Shown here one piece after another: positions 18,662 to 26,921 of a stretch of 64,000 bases of DNA. The notes under the pieces were generated by a model. That model had not been told where the DNA came from. It ran no database searches and saw only the letters and a list, made by a program, of their open reading frames with translations. A program made the position numbers and the translations under genes. Numbering within the stretch: position 1 is the first letter of the stretch; every line of letters begins with the position of its first letter. This DNA comes from Myxococcota bacterium (GTDB lineage: Bacteria; Myxococcota_A; UBA9160; UBA4427). The stretch spans positions 176,524-240,523 of the forward strand of contig JASDVF010000063.1 in assembly GCA_041440805.1 (NCBI GenBank), read 5' to 3'.

Positions 18662-19384
18662 ATGACCTCCAATTCCAACCGAGATGATGGAAACGCATCG
18701 GCGCCGGAATCCAGCGGCCCCCCGGAAGCGGAGGGCACCGCGATCGATGACTTCTTCGAAGTCGTCGAAACAACGCGGTCGGTTCGCAAGCGACTCGATT
18801 ATGACCGCCCGATTCCTCCTGAGCTGATCGAACGATGCATCGACGCGGCGGTTCAAGCGCCGACGGGGCTGAACCGAGAGGCCTGGCGCTTTCTGGTCCT
18901 GACAGATCCCGAGCCGAAGGCGCAAGTTGCCGAGCTCTACCGCGCGAGTATGCAGGGTCTTCAGGAACGGGTGCGTGACCGTCTTCCCCCGGAACTTCGC
19001 GATCAGCCGCTACCCGGAGACAAGCCGACCTACGTAGGCCTCGCGGAGAATATGCATCGCATGCCCGCACTGATCCTCGTTTGCAGCGAAGGTCGCGCAA
19101 CCTCTGAAGACGCGGCCATGCAGGTGGCGTTCTACGGTTCGGTCTTGCCCGCAGCTTGGTCTCTAATGCTGTCGCTTCGCGCGTCGGGGCTCGGGACGAC
19201 TTGGACGACGCTGCTTGTAGCGGAAGAGGCGCGCGTGGCTGCGGCGCTCGGGATCCCCGAGGACGTTACGCAAACAATTTTGCTCCCGGTCGCCTATACG
19301 AAGGGCGCCGTATTGCGTCGTGCGAAGCGCAAGGGCGCAGCGGATGTGACCTATTGGAACCGTTGGGCGCAGTCGCGAGAATAA
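18662..19384 (+). CDS. nitroreductase family protein
   Basis: Trimmed to the ATG at 18662. TTRSVRKRLDYDRPIPPELIERCIDAAVQAPTGLNREAWRFLVL is the typical nitroreductase N-terminal block. Confidence 0.8.
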   Translation: MTSNSNRDDGNASAPESSGPPEAEGTAIDDFFEVVETTRSVRKRLDYDRPIPPELIERCIDAAVQAPTGLNREAWRFLVLTDPEPKAQVAELYRASMQGLQERVRDRLPPELRDQPLPGDKPTYVGLAENMHRMPALILVCSEGRATSEDAAMQVAFYGSVLPAAWSLMLSLRASGLGTTWTTLLVAEEARVAAALGIPEDVTQTILLPVAYTKGAVLRRAKRKGAADVTYWNRWAQSRE

Positions 19385-19725
19385 TTTTCCGTTAGGCAAT
19401 CACGAGCCTGCCGCGACTCTGCGAAGCCAGAGCAGCGCATTACGAGGAGAGTCGGTTAGACGCAGCTGTAGCGGCCGGACGCGTCGGAGCAGACTGCCCT
19501 CTGTAGCTCCGCACCAAGGCGCGAAGCCTCGGGTTCATTGGGCACGAAGCGGCAGGGGCTCGCTTCGTGCGCGCATTCTTCTAGCCGCACGGTCGCAGGT
19601 CCGCAGCGAAGTGGGCATACTCGGGCGCCCTCGCAGATGTTGGCGGGAGGAAATTTGGCCCTCTGGGGGCGAGCCGCGTCTTTGGATTGCCGGCTCGATA
19701 TTTGGTTGTGAAAGAACGGGAGCAG

Positions 19726-22131
19726 ATGGCGCGGATTCTCACGCTGGATGAAATTGAAGGTGAACCGGTTGGCGGAAAAGCCTCCGGGCTCGCTCGGCTT
19801 CGCGACATGGGGCTTCGGGTTCCCGAAGCGGTGGTTCTAGTCGGGGCAACTCTAGAAACTCCCGAAGGCGAACTCGATGAGCTCGTACAGAAGCTCGTCG
19901 AAAGATTCGGCGCGGACCGGGTTGCAGTCCGTTCTTCAGCGTTAGGCGAAGATGGCGTCGAGAGTTCGTTCGCGGGCCAATATGAGACAGTGCTCGATGT
20001 GGCAGGTGCGGCCGAGATGCGCGACGCAATTAGAGTTTGTCTTGAGTCGGTCGAGAATGCACGCGCGAGCGCCTATCGCGATGCGCGTGATGCCCAGGCC
20101 GAAGAGTCGTCCGTGCCGATGTCGATCGTGGTGCAGCGCATGGTCGATGCGCGCGTGTCCGGCGTTTGCTTTACCGCCTGCCCTGTCACGAATCGCAGAA
20201 ACCGCCTGGTGATCGACGCGATCGAGGGACTCGGAGAAGCGCTGGTATCGGGCGAAGCGAGTCCCGATCACGAGGAGTGGCTACGCGAGGAGCAGGTCTG
20301 GGAAGAGACGCAACTCGCGGGGGAGGCCCCCTTTCTTAGGCGAGAGGAGCGGACTCAGATTGCTGAAGAAGCCATCGTCGCTGAAGGTCGCGTGGGCGAA
20401 CCGATTGATCTGGAATGGGCGATCGATCGGCAGGGGACGCTGCAGTGGCTGCAGGCTCGACCGATTACGACGCTTGCTTATGATCCGCAAACGCTGGACA
20501 CGCTGCTTGAAGAGGTCGGCGACGTCTATACACGATGCAATGTCGGTGAGATGATGCCGGGCGCGGTGTCTCCTTTGACGTACTCCACCTGTGCGAAAGG
20601 AATTGACGTAGGCTGGCAGCGGATCAAAGACGATATTCGATTGCCGCGGGGCTCGGCGCCGCCGCGACCTTACCTTGGGATGTCCCACGGCCATCTTTTC
20701 ATCAACATGAGTGAAGGCGCTCGAGTTTCATCCTCCGTGTCAGGAACGAGTGGAAACCAGCAGAGTCTCGCGATTTGCGGGCGTCTCGTGCCAGAGGTCG
20801 TTGCTCCGCCGCCGCCGCCGCTCTACGTGCGCCTGCCGCGGCTGCTTCGTCAGGCTTGGGCGATCTTGCGACCTGCGCCGAGAATTCGTCGCATGGAGGA
20901 GCTGCTCGCCTTGGGTGCGATCCCGCGTGAATCGACGGGGCTCGAATCCTGGCGTGCAGTGGATGCACGTATGCCGGACCTTTTTGAGGCCTATCAACTT
21001 CATCTCGTCGTATCCTCCGGCGCGGGCGCACTTACACCCATTCTCTTGGGGCAGCTTGCCGGAGATGCGGAGCCGAGCGACGAACATCATGCAATCGTTG
21101 CCTCAGTTTTGTCCGGCGCCAAGAACGTGGAGAGCGCGGACATCGCCGAAGGCGCTGAGCGGATTTTGCATGGTCTGCTTGCCGCGGCGGACCGTTCGGC
21201 TTCTTTCGTTGACCGGGGCGCCGTGGAAGCACGGACTTGGCTCGAGAGCGAAGACGCAGCCGACGTCGGCATTCTGTACCGAGCATATATGTCGAAGCAT
21301 GGTCATCGAAGTTTGCGCGAGCTCGATATTAGGCAACCCGAATGGGCACATGATCCGACGCCTTTGATCCGGTCGCTTCAGACGCAATTGCGCGGACGCC
21401 TTTCATCGACTGATGCGGCACGCTCGGCGGCGGTAGTGAACACCTCGCCTCCGGAAGGAGCCGCCCGTTTCGATCGAATTCAAAAATTTGCTCACATCGC
21501 GGTTCGAAACAGGGAGCGATGTAAGTCGCTGCTCGTAGGATTGACCACGATTTTCAAGAGTGCGTATCGAGCGTTAGGCGATCAGCTCGTTGCCGAAGGG
21601 CGTCTCGCGGATGCAGATTCGATCTACTTCCTGTTTCACGAAGAGATCGAAACCCTGGCGGCCGCCCCACCCGGGCACGCTTTGCGGGACGAGGCGCTCG
21701 CTCGTCGCGAAGCCCTGGCCTATCAAGAGACCCTGCGCTTTCCCGAAGTGATGGTCGGCCGCCCTCAGCCGGAGAGGCCTAGTTTCGAAGGCGCGGACGA
21801 ACAGCTTGTGATTGGCAAGCCCGTCAGTCGCGGCCGGGTCGAAGGCATTGTTCGCGTGGTGATGACGCTAGAAGAGGCCGAATCCCTAGAACCTGGTGAG
21901 ATCCTGGTTGCACCGATCACGGATGTGGGCTGGACACCCTATTTCGGGGTTATTTCGGGGCTGGTCACGGACGTGGGGAGCGCAGTGTCCCACGGCGCGG
22001 TTGTCGCGCGCGAATACGGATTGCCGGCAGTGCTTAATACGAGGAATGGCACTTCGATCTTACGGACTGGAGAGCGCGTAATCCTCGACGGCGATCGCGG
22101 CACGATCGAGCGGTTGGATTGGACGGCCTGA
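19726..22131 (+). CDS. PEP-utilising enzyme, PEP synthase / rifampicin-phosphotransferase-like architecture
   Basis: Trimmed to the ATG at 19726. N-terminal ATP-grasp block VGGKASGLARLRDMGLRVP...VAVRSSALGEDG...SFAGQYET. C-terminal swivel His domain ILVAPITDVGWTPYF...GLVTDVGSAVSHGAVVAREYGLPAV. Confidence 0.8.
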   Translation: MARILTLDEIEGEPVGGKASGLARLRDMGLRVPEAVVLVGATLETPEGELDELVQKLVERFGADRVAVRSSALGEDGVESSFAGQYETVLDVAGAAEMRDAIRVCLESVENARASAYRDARDAQAEESSVPMSIVVQRMVDARVSGVCFTACPVTNRRNRLVIDAIEGLGEALVSGEASPDHEEWLREEQVWEETQLAGEAPFLRREERTQIAEEAIVAEGRVGEPIDLEWAIDRQGTLQWLQARPITTLAYDPQTLDTLLEEVGDVYTRCNVGEMMPGAVSPLTYSTCAKGIDVGWQRIKDDIRLPRGSAPPRPYLGMSHGHLFINMSEGARVSSSVSGTSGNQQSLAICGRLVPEVVAPPPPPLYVRLPRLLRQAWAILRPAPRIRRMEELLALGAIPRESTGLESWRAVDARMPDLFEAYQLHLVVSSGAGALTPILLGQLAGDAEPSDEHHAIVASVLSGAKNVESADIAEGAERILHGLLAAADRSASFVDRGAVEARTWLESEDAADVGILYRAYMSKHGHRSLRELDIRQPEWAHDPTPLIRSLQTQLRGRLSSTDAARSAAVVNTSPPEGAARFDRIQKFAHIAVRNRERCKSLLVGLTTIFKSAYRALGDQLVAEGRLADADSIYFLFHEEIETLAAAPPGHALRDEALARREALAYQETLRFPEVMVGRPQPERPSFEGADEQLVIGKPVSRGRVEGIVRVVMTLEEAESLEPGEILVAPITDVGWTPYFGVISGLVTDVGSAVSHGAVVAREYGLPAVLNTRNGTSILRTGERVILDGDRGTIERLDWTA

Positions 22132-22333
22132 CGGTCTGCGAGAAACGAGAGCGAGCAGTATCGATCAGCTCAGTCTCGTCGAACAGTCGTCGCAGGGGGC
22201 TGCCGTGGGGACGGACCGGGAGGCGCCAAGTCTTTCGAGCTCGTGAATCAAATTGGGCAGCTGACTTCGCGCTTCGTCTGCTGATTGAGTCCTCTATCCT
22301 CGGCCATCCACCATTCAGGTGGCCCGAGGAATC

Positions 22334-24637
22334 ATGATGCCTTCCTGTCGTCGAACCCAATCCGTTCAGCTCTTCGCGTTCTTTGCTCTCGTGATGTTCT
22401 TGAACGCCGCCTTGGTACCCACGATCGCGGGCGCGGCGGCTGAGGAGCAGCGCGCATCCGATCTCGGTGTGTACTCGCCTGGTGGCTGGTCGACGCTTCA
22501 TCGCGGTCCGGCGAATCGAAAACTCGTTCAGGACGTCAAACTCGCGGAAAGCTATTCGAGTTGGACCGCACTCGAAGGGGCATCGATTCTGACGGCGCCG
22601 ACAATGAGCCCCGATGGTAAGACCATGTACGTGGCGACGGGGCAGGCCGAGGGCAAAGCAAATCTTCACGCCTTTGACCTCGACGGGAACAGGCTCTGGC
22701 AGGCGCCGCATTGGACGAGTCGCCGCGATGGCGTCGATCCGTGCGCCGTACTTTCGAGCGTGATCGTCGACCGTGAGGGTGATCTATATCTGGGCGATTG
22801 CAATCAGCTCTTCGCATATCACGGCGATGGACGGCTGAAGTGGGTGGCGCCGCTGCCTAATGTCCAGGAAGGCGATTGGATCGTCTCCGACGCGCTTCCA
22901 GTGAACGCGCTTACGACCGCAGTCTTTACGAAGGACGGCGACATATTCGGCGTAACTAATTTCGGCGACATTGTCGTCTTTGATCGCAAGACCGGCCGCA
23001 AGCTAAACTCTCCCACACGGCTTCCCGGGCATGTGCCGGGCACATCAGCGGTGATGCCCATGCCCCCGACCATCTTCGGCGAGGGACTTCTAGACGAACA
23101 AATCAGGGATTGGGCCTGGCAGTTGTTAGTTGGCGGCGCAATGCCTTCAGCCAACACGCCCGGTGTGGACATGAAGACCGGGCGCATATTCGTTGCGGCG
23201 ACCGCGGTGACGGTGGGCCGCGGAGCACTCTACGGCATTGACCTGGATCGAAAAGAGGATGAGGACGGGTCCGTCTCAGTTGAAGTTGAAATCGCGTTCG
23301 GGACGGAGATGGGCCCCGGAAGTGGGTCGAGTCCTTCGCTCTCGCCCTCTGGGCATCAGGTCTACGTGAGCGACGAGAATGGAAGATTCTATGGAGTCGA
23401 TGCCAGAACAGGCGAAGTCGTGTGGGAGGCGCAGACGCGAGCGGCTTCGGCGGCTGCTGCGGTCGGAGCCGACGGCACCGTTTACGCGCTTCAAGCCTAC
23501 GGCCCGGCGCTGATCGCGATCGCCGAGGACGGGCAGGTTCGCTGGGAGAGCGACTTAGAAGCTTTAGCCGAGGCAGCACTTCCTAAGAGTCTGATGCTTG
23601 GTGAGCCCTCCGCAATCGGGAATGGAAATCCGACCGTCGTCGATGATCAAATTCTTGTCCCGATTGTCTACGGATTTGAGACGAGAATGTTTGGTCGACG
23701 CATCCCGTGGCCTGTGACTTCGTCGCTTGTCGCGGTCGACGCCAAGACGGGGAAGGGCGTTCGAAATGTTCTCTCCCTCGCTGATGACTCGACGGGGATT
23801 ACAGTCGTGTTGCCCGATGGCTCGATCGTCAACAGCCTTGGCACAGCGATGACTTCTGGAGCGACGCCGCTTGCGGGGCTCGCCCGGCTGCTGCTCCCTG
23901 GAGACCTCGAGCCGCTCTTGCCCTTGGGCGGTTTTCAGGTGAGTCGGCCTGTGTCTTTGGAAGCCGCCTCGATGCGAGATGCTATGTCTGCGAGGCTTGC
24001 GCTTCGGTCCGATGCGCATCGTCGAGACGATGCCACGCGACACCCCCTCGAGGTCCTAGAGTTTGCGGGAATTCGCGAAGGGATGCGCGTTGCGGAGTTG
24101 ATGGCGGGCGGGGGCTGGTATGCGGAAGTACTCGCACGCGCAGTCGGTCCGAAGGGTCGGGTCTTGGCCCAGAACAACGAGGTCTCGGCAAGTCGCTACG
24201 GAAAGGATCTCGCTAGGCGCCTTGAAGCGCAGGGACTAGAGGCGATCGAATCTCGTGTTGAGGAACTCGATGCACTCGGTTTGGAGTCCGAATCTTTTGA
24301 TGCGGTCTTTCTCGTCAAATTCTATCACGACACAGTTTGGATGGGCGTGGACAGGCCCGAGATGCTTCGACGGATCCGGGACTCACTCACTCCTGACGGC
24401 GTATTCCTTGTAGTCGATCACGCAGCCGAGGCTGGGGTTGGCCTAACGGAAGTGAGCGGGCTTCATCGCATAGAAGAAGCAACCCTGATCGCGGAAGTCG
24501 AAGCCGCGGGGTTTCGACTGGCGGCGCGCTCTTCCCTTCTGGCCAATTCCGGGGATGATCGGACGAGCAATGTCTTCCGCTCGCGTGTTCGAGGAAATAC
24601 CGATCGCTTCCTACTCCGATTCGATCCCGCCAAATAG
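22334..24637 (+). CDS. secreted PQQ-like/BamB-like beta-propeller fused to a C-terminal class I SAM-methyltransferase-like domain
   Basis: Trimmed to the ATG at 22334. Signal peptide MMPSCRRTQSVQLFAFFALVMFLNAALVPTIAGAAA. Repeated ...DGxxxW... propeller blades (DGNRLWQ, DGRLKWV, TGEVVWEA, DGQVRWES). The C-terminal 210 aa contain EVLEFAGIREGMRVAELMAGGGWYAEVLARAVGPKGRVLAQN (methyltransferase motif I). Confidence 0.75.
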   Translation: MMPSCRRTQSVQLFAFFALVMFLNAALVPTIAGAAAEEQRASDLGVYSPGGWSTLHRGPANRKLVQDVKLAESYSSWTALEGASILTAPTMSPDGKTMYVATGQAEGKANLHAFDLDGNRLWQAPHWTSRRDGVDPCAVLSSVIVDREGDLYLGDCNQLFAYHGDGRLKWVAPLPNVQEGDWIVSDALPVNALTTAVFTKDGDIFGVTNFGDIVVFDRKTGRKLNSPTRLPGHVPGTSAVMPMPPTIFGEGLLDEQIRDWAWQLLVGGAMPSANTPGVDMKTGRIFVAATAVTVGRGALYGIDLDRKEDEDGSVSVEVEIAFGTEMGPGSGSSPSLSPSGHQVYVSDENGRFYGVDARTGEVVWEAQTRAASAAAAVGADGTVYALQAYGPALIAIAEDGQVRWESDLEALAEAALPKSLMLGEPSAIGNGNPTVVDDQILVPIVYGFETRMFGRRIPWPVTSSLVAVDAKTGKGVRNVLSLADDSTGITVVLPDGSIVNSLGTAMTSGATPLAGLARLLLPGDLEPLLPLGGFQVSRPVSLEAASMRDAMSARLALRSDAHRRDDATRHPLEVLEFAGIREGMRVAELMAGGGWYAEVLARAVGPKGRVLAQNNEVSASRYGKDLARRLEAQGLEAIESRVEELDALGLESESFDAVFLVKFYHDTVWMGVDRPEMLRRIRDSLTPDGVFLVVDHAAEAGVGLTEVSGLHRIEEATLIAEVEAAGFRLAARSSLLANSGDDRTSNVFRSRVRGNTDRFLLRFDPAK

Positions 24638-24765
24638 CTGGACGATTCTCGAATAGAATTTTCTTCAGAGCGGAGGCACAGCTTGGGCGAAGGCCAGATT
24701 ACGCACTGATTTCAACTACTTTCGAGTCGCTTCGGATTGCGGCTTGATGTGTCAAACTAAGAGGC

Positions 24766-25920
24766 ATGAAGAGTCCCTACGACGGCGTCGCCATTGTCGG
24801 CGCATACAACACTGTGCAGGCCAAACAACTTCCGAACTGGACCGAGTCGGGGCTAGTTCTCGACGCGATTCGCGGCGCGCTTGGAGATGCTGGGCTCACA
24901 CCCGCAGACGTTGACGGCGTGAACGTTTCGACTTGGGTGAGCCAGCTGAATTCACGGACAGTCTGCCAATGGTTTGGTGGGCAACCGTCTTGGACCGGCA
25001 CGTCGCATCCCGGAATCGAAGCGGTGCTCGAGGCGGCAGCCGCCATTCAGTCGGGCCAGGCCCATACGGTCGTGATTGCGACCGCGCAGTGCGGCGAATA
25101 TACGGAGCGTGAGTCGACGGTGTCCTGGACTCGTCCGGAGAATGAATTCGTCGAGTGCTGGGGACTCTATACCGCTGCAGAGTTCGCCTTGATGGCGCAA
25201 AGACACATGCACATCTACGGCACGCCTCGTGAGGCGTTCTCGGAAGTTGCGGCGGCGATTCGCAGCAATGGCGCTCTGAATCCGGACGCCGTCTTTTACG
25301 GTCGCGAATGCTCGCCAGCTGAAGTGGAGAATTCGCGGATGGTCGCGGATCCCTTTCGGCTTCTGGATTGCTGCATCACGTCAGAGGGCGGTGCCGCAAT
25401 GGTGCTGACGAGTACCGAGCGCGCGAAAGATCTCGATGTGAAGCCGATCTACGTGCTAGGCGGAGCCCTTGATCGTCAGGGGATGTCCTACGTGACCGCA
25501 CCGGTCTGGGAGAAATACGGCTGGGTCGGCCGGCGAGCGGCGGAGATGACCTTCGAGCAATGCGGACTCTCGACGCGTGATGTCGATTTCGCTGAGTTCT
25601 ACGACCCCTTCTCTTTTGAAATCATCCGGCAGCTTGAAGCCTTCGGATTCTGCAAAGAGGGGGAGGGCGCCGATTTCGTGTTGGAAGGCCGCATCCGCAT
25701 CGATGGCGATCTCCCGGTCGCGACCAATGGTGGGATCCTTTCCTACTCCCACGCGGGCGTCGTGCAGCTTCTGCAAAAGCCACTGAACGCGGTCTTGCAG
25801 TTGCAAGGACGCCTAGCGCCAGAGATCACACTTCATCAACCCAAGGTCGCGCTTGCGACGAATGGGGGTTCGGGCGCGCTCTTCTGCGACGTCATGGCCC
25901 TGGGGAGCGAGCCCGTATGA
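24766..25920 (+). CDS. thiolase-superfamily protein (SCP-x/lipid-transfer-protein type) lacking the catalytic cysteines
   Basis: 384 aa. GVAIVGAYNT..., NGGILSYSHAG, ALATNGGSGA. TSHPG occupies the position of the nucleophile Cys loop, and YDPF replaces the SCP2-thiolase HDCF motif (by-eye alignment). Confidence 0.8.
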   Translation: MKSPYDGVAIVGAYNTVQAKQLPNWTESGLVLDAIRGALGDAGLTPADVDGVNVSTWVSQLNSRTVCQWFGGQPSWTGTSHPGIEAVLEAAAAIQSGQAHTVVIATAQCGEYTERESTVSWTRPENEFVECWGLYTAAEFALMAQRHMHIYGTPREAFSEVAAAIRSNGALNPDAVFYGRECSPAEVENSRMVADPFRLLDCCITSEGGAAMVLTSTERAKDLDVKPIYVLGGALDRQGMSYVTAPVWEKYGWVGRRAAEMTFEQCGLSTRDVDFAEFYDPFSFEIIRQLEAFGFCKEGEGADFVLEGRIRIDGDLPVATNGGILSYSHAGVVQLLQKPLNAVLQLQGRLAPEITLHQPKVALATNGGSGALFCDVMALGSEPV

Positions 25921-26345
25921 GCGACTCAACGCCGGCGACTGGACGACCGCAGACGCCGCTTCCGCAGCCGACGCAGCTCTCGAAACCCTATTGGGAAGCG
26001 TGCCGGGAAGGCCGCCTTACCGTTCAGCGATGTAAGAGTTGCGATGGCTATGTGTTCATTCCGCAGCCCTGTTGCGGGACCTGTCTGAGTGAAGAGCTCG
26101 AATGGGTGGAATCGTCAGGGAAGGGCACGCTCTATAGCTTTACGACGGTCTACCGGCCGCAACAGCCGACTTTTGAAGTGCCCTACACGGTCATCGTGGT
26201 GGAGTTGGAAGAGGGGTACTACATGCTTTCCAACTTGATCGGCGTCGAACCTGACGAGATCAAGATCGGAACGCCGCTGGAAGTCTTCTTTGAAGAACGA
26301 TCCGAGGAGATTTCCTTGCCGTTCTTTCGAGTCCGCGCCGAATAA
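25917..26345 (+). CDS. DUF35 OB-fold / rubredoxin-like Zn-ribbon protein (thiolase partner)
   Basis: 142 aa. ATGA overlap with the thiolase-like gene. Zn ribbon CKSCDGYVFIPQPCCGTC followed by an OB-fold segment. Confidence 0.85.
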   Translation: MSDSTPATGRPQTPLPQPTQLSKPYWEACREGRLTVQRCKSCDGYVFIPQPCCGTCLSEELEWVESSGKGTLYSFTTVYRPQQPTFEVPYTVIVVELEEGYYMLSNLIGVEPDEIKIGTPLEVFFEERSEEISLPFFRVRAE

Positions 26346-26362
26346 CATTAGAGAGGAACGAG

Positions 26363-26884
26363 ATGAGCTCGACCGGCAAGACGTGGGTTCTTTGTCTGGC
26401 AATCGCTTTGTTCGGATGCGCGTCTCTCGGAGAGCGTCCGGCTGCTTCGGGTTGGGCGCCAGATGCGGAGCGCGATGCCGCTGTGATGTCCGTCCTCGAT
26501 CGATACATGGATGGACTGAACGCGCTCGACTTAGAGACGCACGTATCGACGTATCATTTCCCTCACTATCGGCACGCGAGCGGCAAGGTCGTTGTTTGGC
26601 AGGACAGCCTGGAGGCGATTCCTATTCTGGGGGTTCCTAAGGCAGAGCGGCTTCCTGCCTTACGTGCCGCACTCGAGTCCGACTGGGTCAGAAGCGAGTG
26701 GACGAGGCGAGACATCGTTCAGGCCGACGCGCATAAGGTGCACGTTGTGACGCGCTTCGATCGTCTCAGGGCGGACGGAAGCGTCATCAAGAGCTTTAAT
26801 TCGCTCTATGTGTTGACGCTCGACGAGGATGACGCCGGAGCGCTTCGGTGGGGAATTAAGGGGCGATCGAGCTTCGCGCCTTAG
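26363..26884 (+). CDS. hypothetical lipoprotein
   Basis: 173 aa. Lipobox LALFGC in MSSTGKTWVLCLAIALFGCAS. The body is not recognisable (possibly NTF2-like). Confidence 0.6.
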   Translation: MSSTGKTWVLCLAIALFGCASLGERPAASGWAPDAERDAAVMSVLDRYMDGLNALDLETHVSTYHFPHYRHASGKVVVWQDSLEAIPILGVPKAERLPALRAALESDWVRSEWTRRDIVQADAHKVHVVTRFDRLRADGSVIKSFNSLYVLTLDEDDAGALRWGIKGRSSFAP

Positions 26885-26921
26885 ACACCCGCCCCGCAGC
26901 CGATCAATCGAGGGCTAGCGC

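Noticed and set aside
18627-19100. 158-aa N-terminal extension of the dienelactone hydrolase ORF. Similar extensions occur on track ORFs 12547..13779, 28593..30188, 46625..48055, 8966..10327 and 18434..19384.
   Set aside because: The extensions are Arg/Pro/Ser-rich, overlap neighbouring genes or divergent promoters, and precede an internal ATG where the family-typical N-terminus begins (often with an SD). I trimmed accordingly.
19456-19590. Cys-rich minus-strand frame ...ICEGARVCPLRCGPATVRLEECAHEASPCRFVPNEPEASRLGAELQRAVCSDASGRYSCV* (8 Cys), considered as a small metal-binding protein or RiPP precursor
   Set aside because: There is no ATG or SD. The only canonical start is an internal GTG giving 44 aa. 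Further upstream the frame is merely the antisense of the PEP-utilising gene. I kept only the hairpin as a finding. blastx or conservation could revive it.
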